Positions 36,738 to 46,005 of a stretch of DNA of 64,000 bases are shown here, in pieces. Origin of the DNA: Myxococcota bacterium (GTDB taxonomy: Bacteria; Myxococcota_A; Polyangia; Nannocystales; Nannocystaceae); NCBI GenBank assembly GCA_039194325.1, contig JBCCWC010000005.1:96008-160007 (forward strand). Reading direction: 5' to 3'. The position numbers and the translations under genes are program-made. The notes beneath the pieces were generated by a model. That model saw only the letters and a program-made list of their open reading frames with translations. It did not search any database and had not been told where the DNA came from. Position 1 is the stretch's first letter, and the number at the start of each line of letters is the position of its first letter.

Positions 36738-37118
36738 GGCGCTCCGACGTAGGGTCTTGCTCGACCCGATCCTCACGGTTGGGTCGGACGTGCTCGCGGC
36801 CACTGCGATCTCCCCAGAGCAAGCCGAGCGAAGATGGGAGGTAGTGATACTATTACTTGTGGTCATTGTGCTGTTGGTCCTTTGACCCGCTCTGAAAACA
36901 GACCCGGAGCCGCCCGCGGGTCTGGGCGGCTTCGGGCGGTAACGCTGGTAGTGAGAGTCCAAGTCCAATAGGTGTCTGAACATCAGCGCTGGTCATACGC
37001 AGATGCCATCGTCACGTGCTACGCTGAGTGAAGCGCTCGGGTGTTGGATGGCCCGAGCCTGAAGGCTCCCCAGCAAAAGGGGCATAGAGGTTGGAGGTTG
37101 GAGGTTAGTGACGATTGC

Positions 37119-37565
37119 CTATGTGGTGGCCGGGACTCGGATGGTGACCTTCGGGGCTCGCCCCTCGTCGAACACGCCAAGATCGAGCGTGCTGGTCTTC
37201 TTGGGACAGTGCAGTGTCTCGCGGCGAGCCTCGATGGCCGCTTTCTCGAAGACGAGGCTCAGGATCCTCATGGCCACTTCACCGCATGAGTCTTGTCCCG
37301 CAAAGATGCAGATCGTGGCCATGCACAATCCCAGGGTGATGTCTCGGTCTTGCCCGTTCTTTGACTTTGCCGCTTCGACGCATCCCACGACACTCGACAT
37401 GATCACGGGATGATCGAGAGTGAGCCTCATCAGCTTTTTCTCTAGCTCTTTGTCGCTTGTGTCGATATCGCTGCATTGGTCGGCGTGGGCAATTCCCGGC
37501 GTGGCCAGGAGGGCGGTCAGCGCAAGCGCGTTGCAAATGGGCGAGATGAACTTCTTCTTGGGCAT
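37119..37565 (-). CDS. Small secreted Cys-containing protein, unknown function
   Basis: MPKKK + hydrophobic stretch + AHA cleavage site; purine-rich RBS. Confidence 0.65.
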   Translation of the reverse strand: MPKKKFISPICNALALTALLATPGIAHADQCSDIDTSDKELEKKLMRLTLDHPVIMSSVVGCVEAAKSKNGQDRDITLGLCMATICIFAGQDSCGEVAMRILSLVFEKAAIEARRETLHCPKKTSTLDLGVFDEGRAPKVTIRVPATT

Positions 37566-38000
37566 TTTTCTCTCTTTCCTTGGTGTGGATTGCATGATGT
37601 GCAAGGCAGCACTCGGGCAGGGCCCGGTACCTCGATTCATGAGGAGCAAGTGCTCCTTGCACATTGCAATCGGTTGGGTGTTGGGGCGCCCGTGGTGGGC
37701 CTGGTTGGAGCGCTCTGCTCGTCAACGAGGTCCCGTCGGGTCGCACCGGGGTAGTGGCCGCGCGGCGCCGGCCCATTACCAAAAATGCTCTAAAAAAGAG
37801 AACGCCCGAGAAATGCTCGACAAATGGCCTTCGACGATGGAGCTAATTTCAAACGAGAGCTCGAGGGCATGCACGCCCCGAGTTGGAGGGCGGATATGGC
37901 GCACGGTCGGGCTCGGTCGGACCGGTCGGAGCAGAAAACTGTCAGTATGGCTCAGGCCCGGTCACGCCGTAGACAAGAGGCACGAGCCCCAAGGATGAGG

Positions 38001-38633
38001 TCAAGATGGCGCGGGCGTTCCGTCATTGGCACTGAGCGTGGCCCGCACTTGGGCGGCCCATCCATCGAGATCGGTCACGGTACTCTGCAGCACAATAGGC
38101 GATGCTTGGAGGCGGGCGAGAGACTTCTTGAGCAGCTGTTTCGCGCGTCGAACGCGAGAGTACGCGGTGGGCTCGGGGATCTCCAGGATCTCGCCGAGCT
38201 GCAGCCCGGACATTCGTTCCCAGTAGTAGAGCTCGAGCACGACTTGAGACTCCACGGGGATCCGACGCAGCGCCTCGAGCAGTGCTCGTTGCTCGCGGCG
38301 ACCCACTAAAATGGACGATGGACCGGCGCCCATGTCCACCACCGACTGGGTCTCGAAATCGATAGGCTGGTAGCGGTTCTTCTTGCGGAACCACTCACGT
38401 AGCACGTTGTTCGCCACCCCGAACAGGAAGGTGCGAAAGCTCGAGCGGCCCTCGTAGCGCGCGTAGGCCTCGACGCACCGTACGAAGGTGTCCTGGGCCA
38501 GCTCTTCGATCTCGTGATCCACCTTGTTGGCGAAGAAACGGTGAATGGCACCAAAGTGTCGTCGCAGCAGCTCATTGCCGGCTTTGCGGTCGCCGCCTTG
38601 CCATGCCCTGACGAGTTCCTGATCGGAGCGCAC
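38001..38633 (-). CDS. ECF RNA polymerase sigma factor
   Basis: SDQELVRAW..GD, ELAQDTF, SSFRTFLFGVA.N, LELYYWE, SRVRRAK. Confidence 0.88.
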   Translation of the reverse strand: MRSDQELVRAWQGGDRKAGNELLRRHFGAIHRFFANKVDHEIEELAQDTFVRCVEAYARYEGRSSFRTFLFGVANNVLREWFRKKNRYQPIDFETQSVVDMGAGPSSILVGRREQRALLEALRRIPVESQVVLELYYWERMSGLQLGEILEIPEPTAYSRVRRAKQLLKKSLARLQASPIVLQSTVTDLDGWAAQVRATLSANDGTPAPS

Positions 38634-38805
38634 TATTAAGAGGTAACATATGCGCGGACTCAGGTTGTTGGAATACGTGGCTGCAACATCACGTCGGGAG
38701 ATTCGTGGCATGTCAGGGAATTGCTGGCAAGTGATTCCCTGATATGGCGTAACTTGCAAGGCGTTGACTCCCGTAGGCAATCCTGGCGGTTTCAGAAGAG
38801 GACAG

Positions 38806-41661
38806 ATGGTCGATAGTAATAGTAGAATCGAGTCAGCGGCTGTTGCGCGACCTGGGTCTGGGGGCGTTCAGGTCGAAGTCATCAGAAATCGGGTAGCGGA
38901 GCGCTTATTTGGTATCGATTCGACTCCGGTGCGGATCGGCCACTTCGAGGTCACTGGGTCGATCGGTGCCGGGGGGATGGGAGTGGTCTACCGGGCGCGC
39001 GACCCCACCTTGGGTCGAGAGGTTGCGCTCAAGCTCCTACACCCCGATATGTTCGTCGATGACTTCGAGCGTTCTCGGCTGTTGCGCGAGGCCCAGGCGC
39101 TGGCTCGGTTGTCGCACCCCAACGTGGTGCAGCTTTACGAGATCGGCGAACACGCCGACAGCTTGTTCTTGGCGATGGAGCTCGTCCGCGGGGTTTCGCT
39201 GCGTCATTGGCAGACGAGCATCGAGCGCAGCTGGCGAGAGCTCGTGACCACCTATGTCCAGGCCGGCCAGGGCCTCGCGGCGGCGCATGCCGCGGGCTTG
39301 GTCCATCGTGACTTCAAGCCCGACAACTGCATCGTCGATGACGAACGCTGCGTAAAGGTCTTGGACTTTGGCCTGGTGCGGGGGGTCGTCGGAGACCCGC
39401 ACGTGACCATCAGGGCGGAGCGTGCGGGTGAGCTCTGCGAGGTTGCCGAGGGATCGCCGTTGGAGTGTGGGCCTGGGCAAGAGCGCGACCGTGCTGATCC
39501 CGCGCTCGAACGGTCTGGGTTGCAAGAGCCGCTCACGAGTCCGGGGACGATCCTGGGCACGCTGGTCTATATATCCCCCGAGCAGCTCGATGGTCGGCCA
39601 GTCGATGCCCGGGCCGATCAGTTTAGTTTTTGCGTTGCGCTTTACGAGGCGCTCTATGGCGAGCGTCCGTATCCTGGTGAGACATTTGACGACGTGTCCT
39701 ACGCATACGCTTGGGGAGAGCTACGGCCGCCACCCCAGGGCACTCGGGTGCCCCGGCGGCTACGCCGGGTCTTGCAGCGTGGGCTGGCTGTGGAGCCTCA
39801 TCGACGTTGGCCGTCCATGCAGGCGCTCTTGGACGAGCTGCGGCGTTTGGTCGCCCCCAAGACCCGGCGTTGGCTGGCGTTGGGGTTGGTCGGAGGCATG
39901 ACCAGCGTTGGGGTGGGGCTGATGTGGAATGCGGCCGGGCTCCTTTGTGATGGTTCCCGGGCGCAGCTCGAGGACGCTTGGGGGGAAGCTCGCAAGCGTG
40001 AGATCGAGCAGTCCTTCCAGGCCGTGGGTCGCCCCTACGTGGCGGGTGTATGGGAGCGGGTGGAACCCCGGCTAGACGAGTACGCGGACGCCTGGGCTGC
40101 CGAGTACCAAGAAGCCTGTGAGGCGACGAGTGTGCGAAAGGAGCAATCGACGGAGGTGATGGACCTTCGGATGGGCTGTCTTCATCGGGCGAAGGTCGAG
40201 CTGGCGGCCGCTACCCGGGTGCTGGCGAATGCGGATGAAGAGGTGGTCCGCAATGCCTATGGCCTCCTGGGTGGGTTGCGGTCGCTCTCGCGGTGTTCGG
40301 AACTCGAGGCGCTACGTGCCGAAGTGGAGCCGCCGCGGCCCGAGGAGGTCGAAATCATCGAGCATCTGCGTGCGCTGCTGGCCGAGGCCAAGGCCGAGCG
40401 AGGAGCGGGTCGATATGCTCGGGCCGAGGTCAGGATGGAAGAGGCCGCGCAGCGCCTCGCAGAGGTCGAGTATGTACCGCTGCACACCGAGGAGGCGCTC
40501 GAGAGAGGTCTGTTGCTGGAAAAGCTCGGGCGCTACGCAGAATCGGAAATGGCGCTGAAGCAGGTTCTCAGCCTGGCTCCGAGCTCGCGCCAGTGGGCCG
40601 AGATGCAGCGTGCGGCCAGCACGTTGATGATCGTCGTTGGTCTTCGCCTAGGGCGTCTGATGGAAGGGCTTCAGCACCGCGAGCTGGCCGAGGGGCTCGC
40701 CTTGGGAAGGCCCCTTGCGCAGGCTGATGCTTCGAGCAACCTCGCCGCCGTCTTCAGGGTCATGGGGAGGTTGGAGGAGGCGGAGGTCGAGATTCAGCGA
40801 GCGATCGAGATTAGAGAGCAGGCGCTGGGGCCACGTCATCAAGATATGTTGGCATCCTACACAGTTCTCGGGAGCATTCTGTATGTTCGAGGGAGCTATG
40901 CAGAGTTGGAAGATCTGGCTCGGAGAGCGATCAGCATCGCAGAGGAGGTGCTTGGGGCTGATCATCCCGACAATGTATATCTCTTCAATCTGCTCTCCGG
41001 TGCCCTGTTTGCTCAGCATGAGCTCGAGAAAGCGCAAGTGGAGATCCAGCGCGCACTCGAGATCGCCGAGAGTGCATTTGGCAACCATGAGCTCGTGGCA
41101 ACACTACATGACAACCTCGGTAACGTGCTTCAAGAGCGAGGGAAGTATAGGCTAGCCGAGATAGAGCAGCGAAAGGGGTTGGCGATGCGCGTGGAGCTGT
41201 TGGGCTCCAAGCATATAGCTGTCGCCGAGTCCCGCAATAATCTCGGCGTCACACTCGTCGCGCGTCGTAAATACAATGAAGCCGAGCAGCAATATCAACG
41301 CGCAATCGCGCTGAGGAAAGAGCTCCTTGGTGTCGACCACGCTTTCGTCGCGACGTCGCAGTGCAATCTCGCCGAGCTCCTACGCATACAAGGTCGAACG
41401 GAGGCCGCCCTCGAGCTCGCCGAGCAATGCTGGAGTCGCAACCAAATGGAAGACATTCCGACCGAAGATCGGGCGTCGACGGCGTTCTTATTGGCCAGGT
41501 TGCTAGCGTCCGAGCGAGCATCGCGAGCTCGGGCACGCATGCTCGCCCAGCGCGCTCACGACATCTACGTCGGCCTCGGTGAGCCATTCGACGCCGAGCT
41601 CAGCGAAGTGCGCAATTGGCTGAATAAACACCGTTCTAGAGCTCGAAGGCGCCGCCGATGA
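38806..41661 (+). CDS. Membrane Ser/Thr kinase with C-terminal TPR array
   Basis: GAGGMG, HRDFKPDN, DFG, one TM, repeated NLG.VL...G...EAE...RA..I.E..LG..H. Confidence 0.92.
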   Translation: MVDSNSRIESAAVARPGSGGVQVEVIRNRVAERLFGIDSTPVRIGHFEVTGSIGAGGMGVVYRARDPTLGREVALKLLHPDMFVDDFERSRLLREAQALARLSHPNVVQLYEIGEHADSLFLAMELVRGVSLRHWQTSIERSWRELVTTYVQAGQGLAAAHAAGLVHRDFKPDNCIVDDERCVKVLDFGLVRGVVGDPHVTIRAERAGELCEVAEGSPLECGPGQERDRADPALERSGLQEPLTSPGTILGTLVYISPEQLDGRPVDARADQFSFCVALYEALYGERPYPGETFDDVSYAYAWGELRPPPQGTRVPRRLRRVLQRGLAVEPHRRWPSMQALLDELRRLVAPKTRRWLALGLVGGMTSVGVGLMWNAAGLLCDGSRAQLEDAWGEARKREIEQSFQAVGRPYVAGVWERVEPRLDEYADAWAAEYQEACEATSVRKEQSTEVMDLRMGCLHRAKVELAAATRVLANADEEVVRNAYGLLGGLRSLSRCSELEALRAEVEPPRPEEVEIIEHLRALLAEAKAERGAGRYARAEVRMEEAAQRLAEVEYVPLHTEEALERGLLLEKLGRYAESEMALKQVLSLAPSSRQWAEMQRAASTLMIVVGLRLGRLMEGLQHRELAEGLALGRPLAQADASSNLAAVFRVMGRLEEAEVEIQRAIEIREQALGPRHQDMLASYTVLGSILYVRGSYAELEDLARRAISIAEEVLGADHPDNVYLFNLLSGALFAQHELEKAQVEIQRALEIAESAFGNHELVATLHDNLGNVLQERGKYRLAEIEQRKGLAMRVELLGSKHIAVAESRNNLGVTLVARRKYNEAEQQYQRAIALRKELLGVDHAFVATSQCNLAELLRIQGRTEAALELAEQCWSRNQMEDIPTEDRASTAFLLARLLASERASRARARMLAQRAHDIYVGLGEPFDAELSEVRNWLNKHRSRARRRRR

Positions 41662-41683
41662 AGCTTGCCTCGAGCGCCACCCC

Positions 41684-42865
41684 TCACCCCGCAGGCTCGT
41701 AAGCCTGACAGGCCAGGTCGATGTTGTTGCTCAGCGCATCTTGAATCAGCAACGGAACCTGCGCCGCCCCGTCGCAGATGTGGCCGGTGAAGCCGTTGGT
41801 GTTGACCTGCATCTGCGCGAAGTCCCACAGGCGAGGAGCGTGGTGCGCCTGGCCGCACTCCAGCCCATTGCCGCAGCACGAAGCGGGCTGCCCGCACAGG
41901 TTCATGCCCTCGGTGACACCGGGATCTCCCGCCACCACGATCGCGGCCAGTGCCTCCGCGTCTCCACCCTTGAGGGTGACCAGCTGGTCGTAGAGCGCGT
42001 CTACTGGCTGCGGCATCGTGGCACACAGGTTGACCGGCAACCCCTCGCAGAACCCCGAGCCCGCCTGGTCGTAGTAGCCGTAGTCGTCCACGTCGGTGAT
42101 CAGCACCAGCACCAGCAGCGCATCGGGGCGCAAGAACCCGGTGGTGTCCAGGCCCAGCGCCGACAGCGACGAGCTGAGCACGTGCTCGCAGCCGATCGCG
42201 GTCCCCCCGTTGCCCAGCACTGTGGCCGCGGCGGCGGTGAAGCCCGCGGCGATCTCCTCGGGGCTCATCTCGTTCGAGTCGAACCAGGGGTTGCCGTTGG
42301 CTCCGAAGCCGATGAACCCGCCGTCGTTGTCGTTGGTCAGCCCGATCCGATACTCGATCTCGCCACAGTTGAGGCCCTCGAGATCCTCAACGATCGCCGA
42401 GAAGGCCTGGCTGGCCGACAGCGCCTGGATCTCCTCGGTCATCGAGAGCGACGAGTCGATCGCGAAGAGCATGTCGATCTGCGAGCACCCCGTCTTGCAC
42501 GAGCCCCCGGGGATGTCGTCGGAGTTCACGTCGAGCTTGGTGTCGCTGGTCTCGTCCCCGCTGCCGGGGTTGCTGGAGCCGTTGCCTGGCCCGGTGGCGT
42601 CGCCGCTGCTGCACAGCCCCTCCACGCAGCTCAGGCCGGGGTCACACGAGCCGCCTCCGGTGCACAGGCAGCCCTCGGCGCCCACCGGGCAGTTCTCCAG
42701 CGTGCAGGTGCCCGCAATGCAGGTCAGGCCGGGATCGCACGAGCCTCCCGCGGTGCACGGGCAGCCATTGCCGCCGATCGCACAGTTGCCGCTCGGCTCT
42801 TCGCCGCACGCTATGCCGATCCCGATCCCGAGGGCCAAGCCCCCCGCCCATGCAAGCCAGCGCAT
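41684..42865 (-). CDS. Lipoprotein with tandem Cys-rich repeats and vWA-like domain
   Basis: GIAC lipobox, two C..G..GC.CT.GG.CDPGL.C..G.C repeats, DMLFAIDSSLSM (DxSxS), FLRPDALLVLVLITDVDD. Confidence 0.8.
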   Translation of the reverse strand: MRWLAWAGGLALGIGIGIACGEEPSGNCAIGGNGCPCTAGGSCDPGLTCIAGTCTLENCPVGAEGCLCTGGGSCDPGLSCVEGLCSSGDATGPGNGSSNPGSGDETSDTKLDVNSDDIPGGSCKTGCSQIDMLFAIDSSLSMTEEIQALSASQAFSAIVEDLEGLNCGEIEYRIGLTNDNDGGFIGFGANGNPWFDSNEMSPEEIAAGFTAAAATVLGNGGTAIGCEHVLSSSLSALGLDTTGFLRPDALLVLVLITDVDDYGYYDQAGSGFCEGLPVNLCATMPQPVDALYDQLVTLKGGDAEALAAIVVAGDPGVTEGMNLCGQPASCCGNGLECGQAHHAPRLWDFAQMQVNTNGFTGHICDGAAQVPLLIQDALSNNIDLACQAYEPAG

Positions 42866-42936
42866 GCGACGACAATACCATCGCCGTTCGGCTCGGTGAT
42901 GGGGGCAAAATGCAGAGCAGCGGTCCTGAGGCTCGA

Positions 42937-44289
42937 TCAGCCGCTGGGCGCCCCGCCGCCGCCCACGTTGTTGAGGGCGAAGCCGGTCATGTCGCTGTAG
43001 GTGTAGGGGTTGACCAGGCCTCCCACCACGTCCCACGTACCCGCCATCGGATCGACCCGGTAGGCCTCGGTGTTCATCGACACGCCCCACACGTAGCCCT
43101 CGAAATCGACGCTCACGCCGTGCACGTAGTTGGGCAGCGGGATGCTGTACTCCACCGCCAGGGTGTGGCGGTTGATGCCGATCATGGGCGACGCGGCCAT
43201 CCACAGGATGTCACCGCCGTCGGCCATGCAGCCGCCCTGCCCGCCCACGTTGGCCGTCTGCCAGGTCTCGCTCACCGGATCGAAGCGCGCGGCCGAGAAC
43301 GAGCAGGTCCACACGTAGCCCTCGTGGTCGACCGTCATGCCGTAGCCGCCCGCCGGCGTGGGCCAGGTGCGGATGTCGAGGGTCTGCAGATCCACATTGA
43401 CCAGCGTGCCGCCGCCCAGCTGGCTGCCCCAGAAGTTGCCCTCGGAGTCGACCGCCGCCCCGTAGATCCCGTAGAAGCCGGCCGAGACCCCGGGACTGGG
43501 GATCGTCTCCTCGATTACGCCCGTGTCGCCGTCGACCAGCAGCACCTCGATGTTGTTGCCGTTGGCGCCCGAGGTCCACACCTTCTCGTTGAGCGTGGCG
43601 CAGGCGGCCTGGTCCCACTCGCCTTGGGTCCAGGCCACCGGCCGCTGCGAGCTATAGGCCATGGGGGTGTGCCAGGCCATGCACTCCTCGCTGCCCCAGG
43701 GCAGGATGTTGGCCGCACCGCTCGAGGTGTTGATGGTGCCGCTGTTGTTGCTGTCGATGCAGTTGTCCTCGAGGGCATAGAACTTGGTCAGGCCGCCGTT
43801 GCGGTTGGCCACGGCCACGTTGCCGGTGAGGCTGACCGAGGTGCGCGAGGGGCTGCCGTTGGTGTCGGGCCGTGTGTAGTAGCGGCCCTCCTCGACCAGC
43901 GACTGAGTGTTGATCTTGGAGATCGTGCTCTGCGTGCTGTTGGCGACCCAGATGTAGGAGAATTCGATCTCACCCTCGCCCTGCTGGCAATACTCGGGTG
44001 CGTCGGGAATGCCCCCGTAGTCGAAGGTCACGGGCGGGCCCGCGGTCTCGTCGTCGGCCGCTGCGGTGCTGCTGCCGGCCGCGGTGGAGCCTCCGCTGCC
44101 CCCTGAGCCGCCGGGCAGGTTGGTGGTCGCCGCCCCGGTCGGGCTGGTGGGGCCCACGCTGGGATCGGGGGTACCCACGCTCGTCGATGCCCCTGCATCG
44201 CCGCCGCCATCGCCTCCGGCGGGCGGATCGGAGCAGGCCAGCGTTAGTGCACCCATCCCAACCAGTATGAATAATCGTCGGTCCGCCAT
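42937..44289 (-). CDS. Beta-propeller lipoprotein, paralog B
   Basis: LTLAC lipobox, FSYIWVANS ... YTYSDMTG. Confidence 0.8.
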   Translation of the reverse strand: MADRRLFILVGMGALTLACSDPPAGGDGGGDAGASTSVGTPDPSVGPTSPTGAATTNLPGGSGGSGGSTAAGSSTAAADDETAGPPVTFDYGGIPDAPEYCQQGEGEIEFSYIWVANSTQSTISKINTQSLVEEGRYYTRPDTNGSPSRTSVSLTGNVAVANRNGGLTKFYALEDNCIDSNNSGTINTSSGAANILPWGSEECMAWHTPMAYSSQRPVAWTQGEWDQAACATLNEKVWTSGANGNNIEVLLVDGDTGVIEETIPSPGVSAGFYGIYGAAVDSEGNFWGSQLGGGTLVNVDLQTLDIRTWPTPAGGYGMTVDHEGYVWTCSFSAARFDPVSETWQTANVGGQGGCMADGGDILWMAASPMIGINRHTLAVEYSIPLPNYVHGVSVDFEGYVWGVSMNTEAYRVDPMAGTWDVVGGLVNPYTYSDMTGFALNNVGGGGAPSG

Positions 44290-44555
44290 GATTGCCAGCT
44301 CCTGCGGAGCGCCCACAGACGCTCACACGCCCGGCACCATAGCAGAACTGACTTCGCGAAGGTCAACCGCCGCCTCGCGTGGTCGCGGACGGCGGGCTCT
44401 TGCCGAGGAGGGCCGGTTCGAGTGGAGCGGCGAGGGTGGTCGATCGCGATGGAGGTGCGCGAGATTCCTGCGCCCACGATGGGTGTGGGTACGGACTGCG
44501 CGCAACCGTTGCGTTCGACCTCCCCGAGCCGCTCCACTCGAGCCGGCACCGGGCT

Positions 44556-45659
44556 TCAGGGAGCGTCCTGGTTCATCAAGTCCAGGATCTCGTCCTCATC
44601 GAGCGCCCGACGATACACTCGCAGCTCGTCGAGGCGGTCTTCGTAGAACCCATTGAGGGAGCCGTCTGCGTCGTGGTCGTCGTCGGCGCCGATGATCACG
44701 GGATGGGTGTCCAGGTCGATCGTCGGAACCGGCGTTGCGTCGATGAGGATGCCGTCGATCCAAAGACTCGAGATAGAGCCATCCCAGGTGCCGACCACGT
44801 GGAACCACTGCTGAACCGGAAAGTCTCCGTAGGCGTTGACCTTGTGGTGTTCGCCGCCGAGGTTCATGCCCCACACCAGTCGCGGTTCTCCAGAGTTCAG
44901 ATTGAAGAACAGCTCCCATGAGTTGGCGATACCAGAGCCGAAGGGCTTGGCCGCAATCACACCGCGCGATGTGAGCGGGTCTTCGAGCCAAACCCACGCG
45001 GAGACCGTCAGACCGTCGTGAGTCTCGAGGTGGGAATCGTGCTGGACCCACAGGTTGTCGTCGCCGTCGAATCTCACCCCTTGTCCCGTGACTCCGGTCG
45101 TGGCCTCGGGGCAGGTCGGATCGCCGCACGAGCCATCCGACATGAAGTCCGAGGCATCTTCGGTGCCGCCAGGGTGGAGCACCTCGAAATCCAGCCAGAG
45201 CACGAGATCGGGGTCCGACAGTGGTCCGGTCGTCGTGCCCGTCTCGTCGTCGACCATCCCGGTCGTCGGCTCCGAGGTGGTCGAGGTGGCCGAGGTGGCC
45301 GAGTCCGCTCCCTCGGGGTCTTCGCCCGTCGACCCGTCGAGCGCGTCGCTGTCTCCGGTCTCCGGCGGGGGTTCGTAGCTCGCCTCGTCCGGGTCGGCAT
45401 TGCCCTCCATGAGGGTACACTCGCCCGACATCGGTCCGCTGTGTGCGGCATAGCGCTGTCCCGAGTCACAGTTGGGATCCGAGAAGCTGCAATATCCATC
45501 GGTCTCGCAAGCTCCTATCTCCCCGCTCTGTTTTGTGCACTGTTCATGTGAAGTGCACATGAAGCGAGTGTCCGAGTCGCAAGCCGAGGCCAGCGCGATC
45601 CCCATCGCGAGCCCCACGACCCCCATACTCACCGTCTCGACCCGTCCCCCGAGCACCAT
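44556..45659 (-). CDS. LamG/concanavalin-like domain lipoprotein with N-terminal Cys-rich module
   Basis: LASAC, LVLWLDF, FDG, TVSAWV, WFHVVGTWDG, LDELRVYRRAL. Confidence 0.85.
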   Translation of the reverse strand: MVLGGRVETVSMGVVGLAMGIALASACDSDTRFMCTSHEQCTKQSGEIGACETDGYCSFSDPNCDSGQRYAAHSGPMSGECTLMEGNADPDEASYEPPPETGDSDALDGSTGEDPEGADSATSATSTTSEPTTGMVDDETGTTTGPLSDPDLVLWLDFEVLHPGGTEDASDFMSDGSCGDPTCPEATTGVTGQGVRFDGDDNLWVQHDSHLETHDGLTVSAWVWLEDPLTSRGVIAAKPFGSGIANSWELFFNLNSGEPRLVWGMNLGGEHHKVNAYGDFPVQQWFHVVGTWDGSISSLWIDGILIDATPVPTIDLDTHPVIIGADDDHDADGSLNGFYEDRLDELRVYRRALDEDEILDLMNQDAP

Positions 45660-45960
45660 GCGTACTCACTGTGATGGCATCGTGCAGGGCTGTCCATCGG
45701 TCAAATATACGATTATGCTCCACAGGCTCGAACATGCCCTCGTTCGATCAGATCAGATGAACGGATCTGCGCGAGATCGCGCCATTTCCGGATTGTTCGC
45801 CTGAACGCGGTCCCTTTGCCTCCTGGCTGATCCAACCCGCGCGTGAGCGCGTACGTCTCCGCGTACGTCTCGTAGTCCCGCAGACCGGGTTGCGTGGAAA
45901 CTGCCACCTGTGTGGAGATCGATGGAGCGTGAAGTTTCCTGCCGCGACCGAGGCTCGGAT

Positions 45961-45996
45961 GGTGCCTCCAGGCCCCAGGTGGGGCTTGGAAGCACC
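45961..45996 (-). terminator. Long hairpin downstream of the OLD-like gene
   Basis: GGTGCCTCCAGGCCCC-aggt-GGGGCTTGGAAGCACC (14/16 match). Confidence 0.55.
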
Positions 45997-46005
45997 GAGG
46001 GGGAT

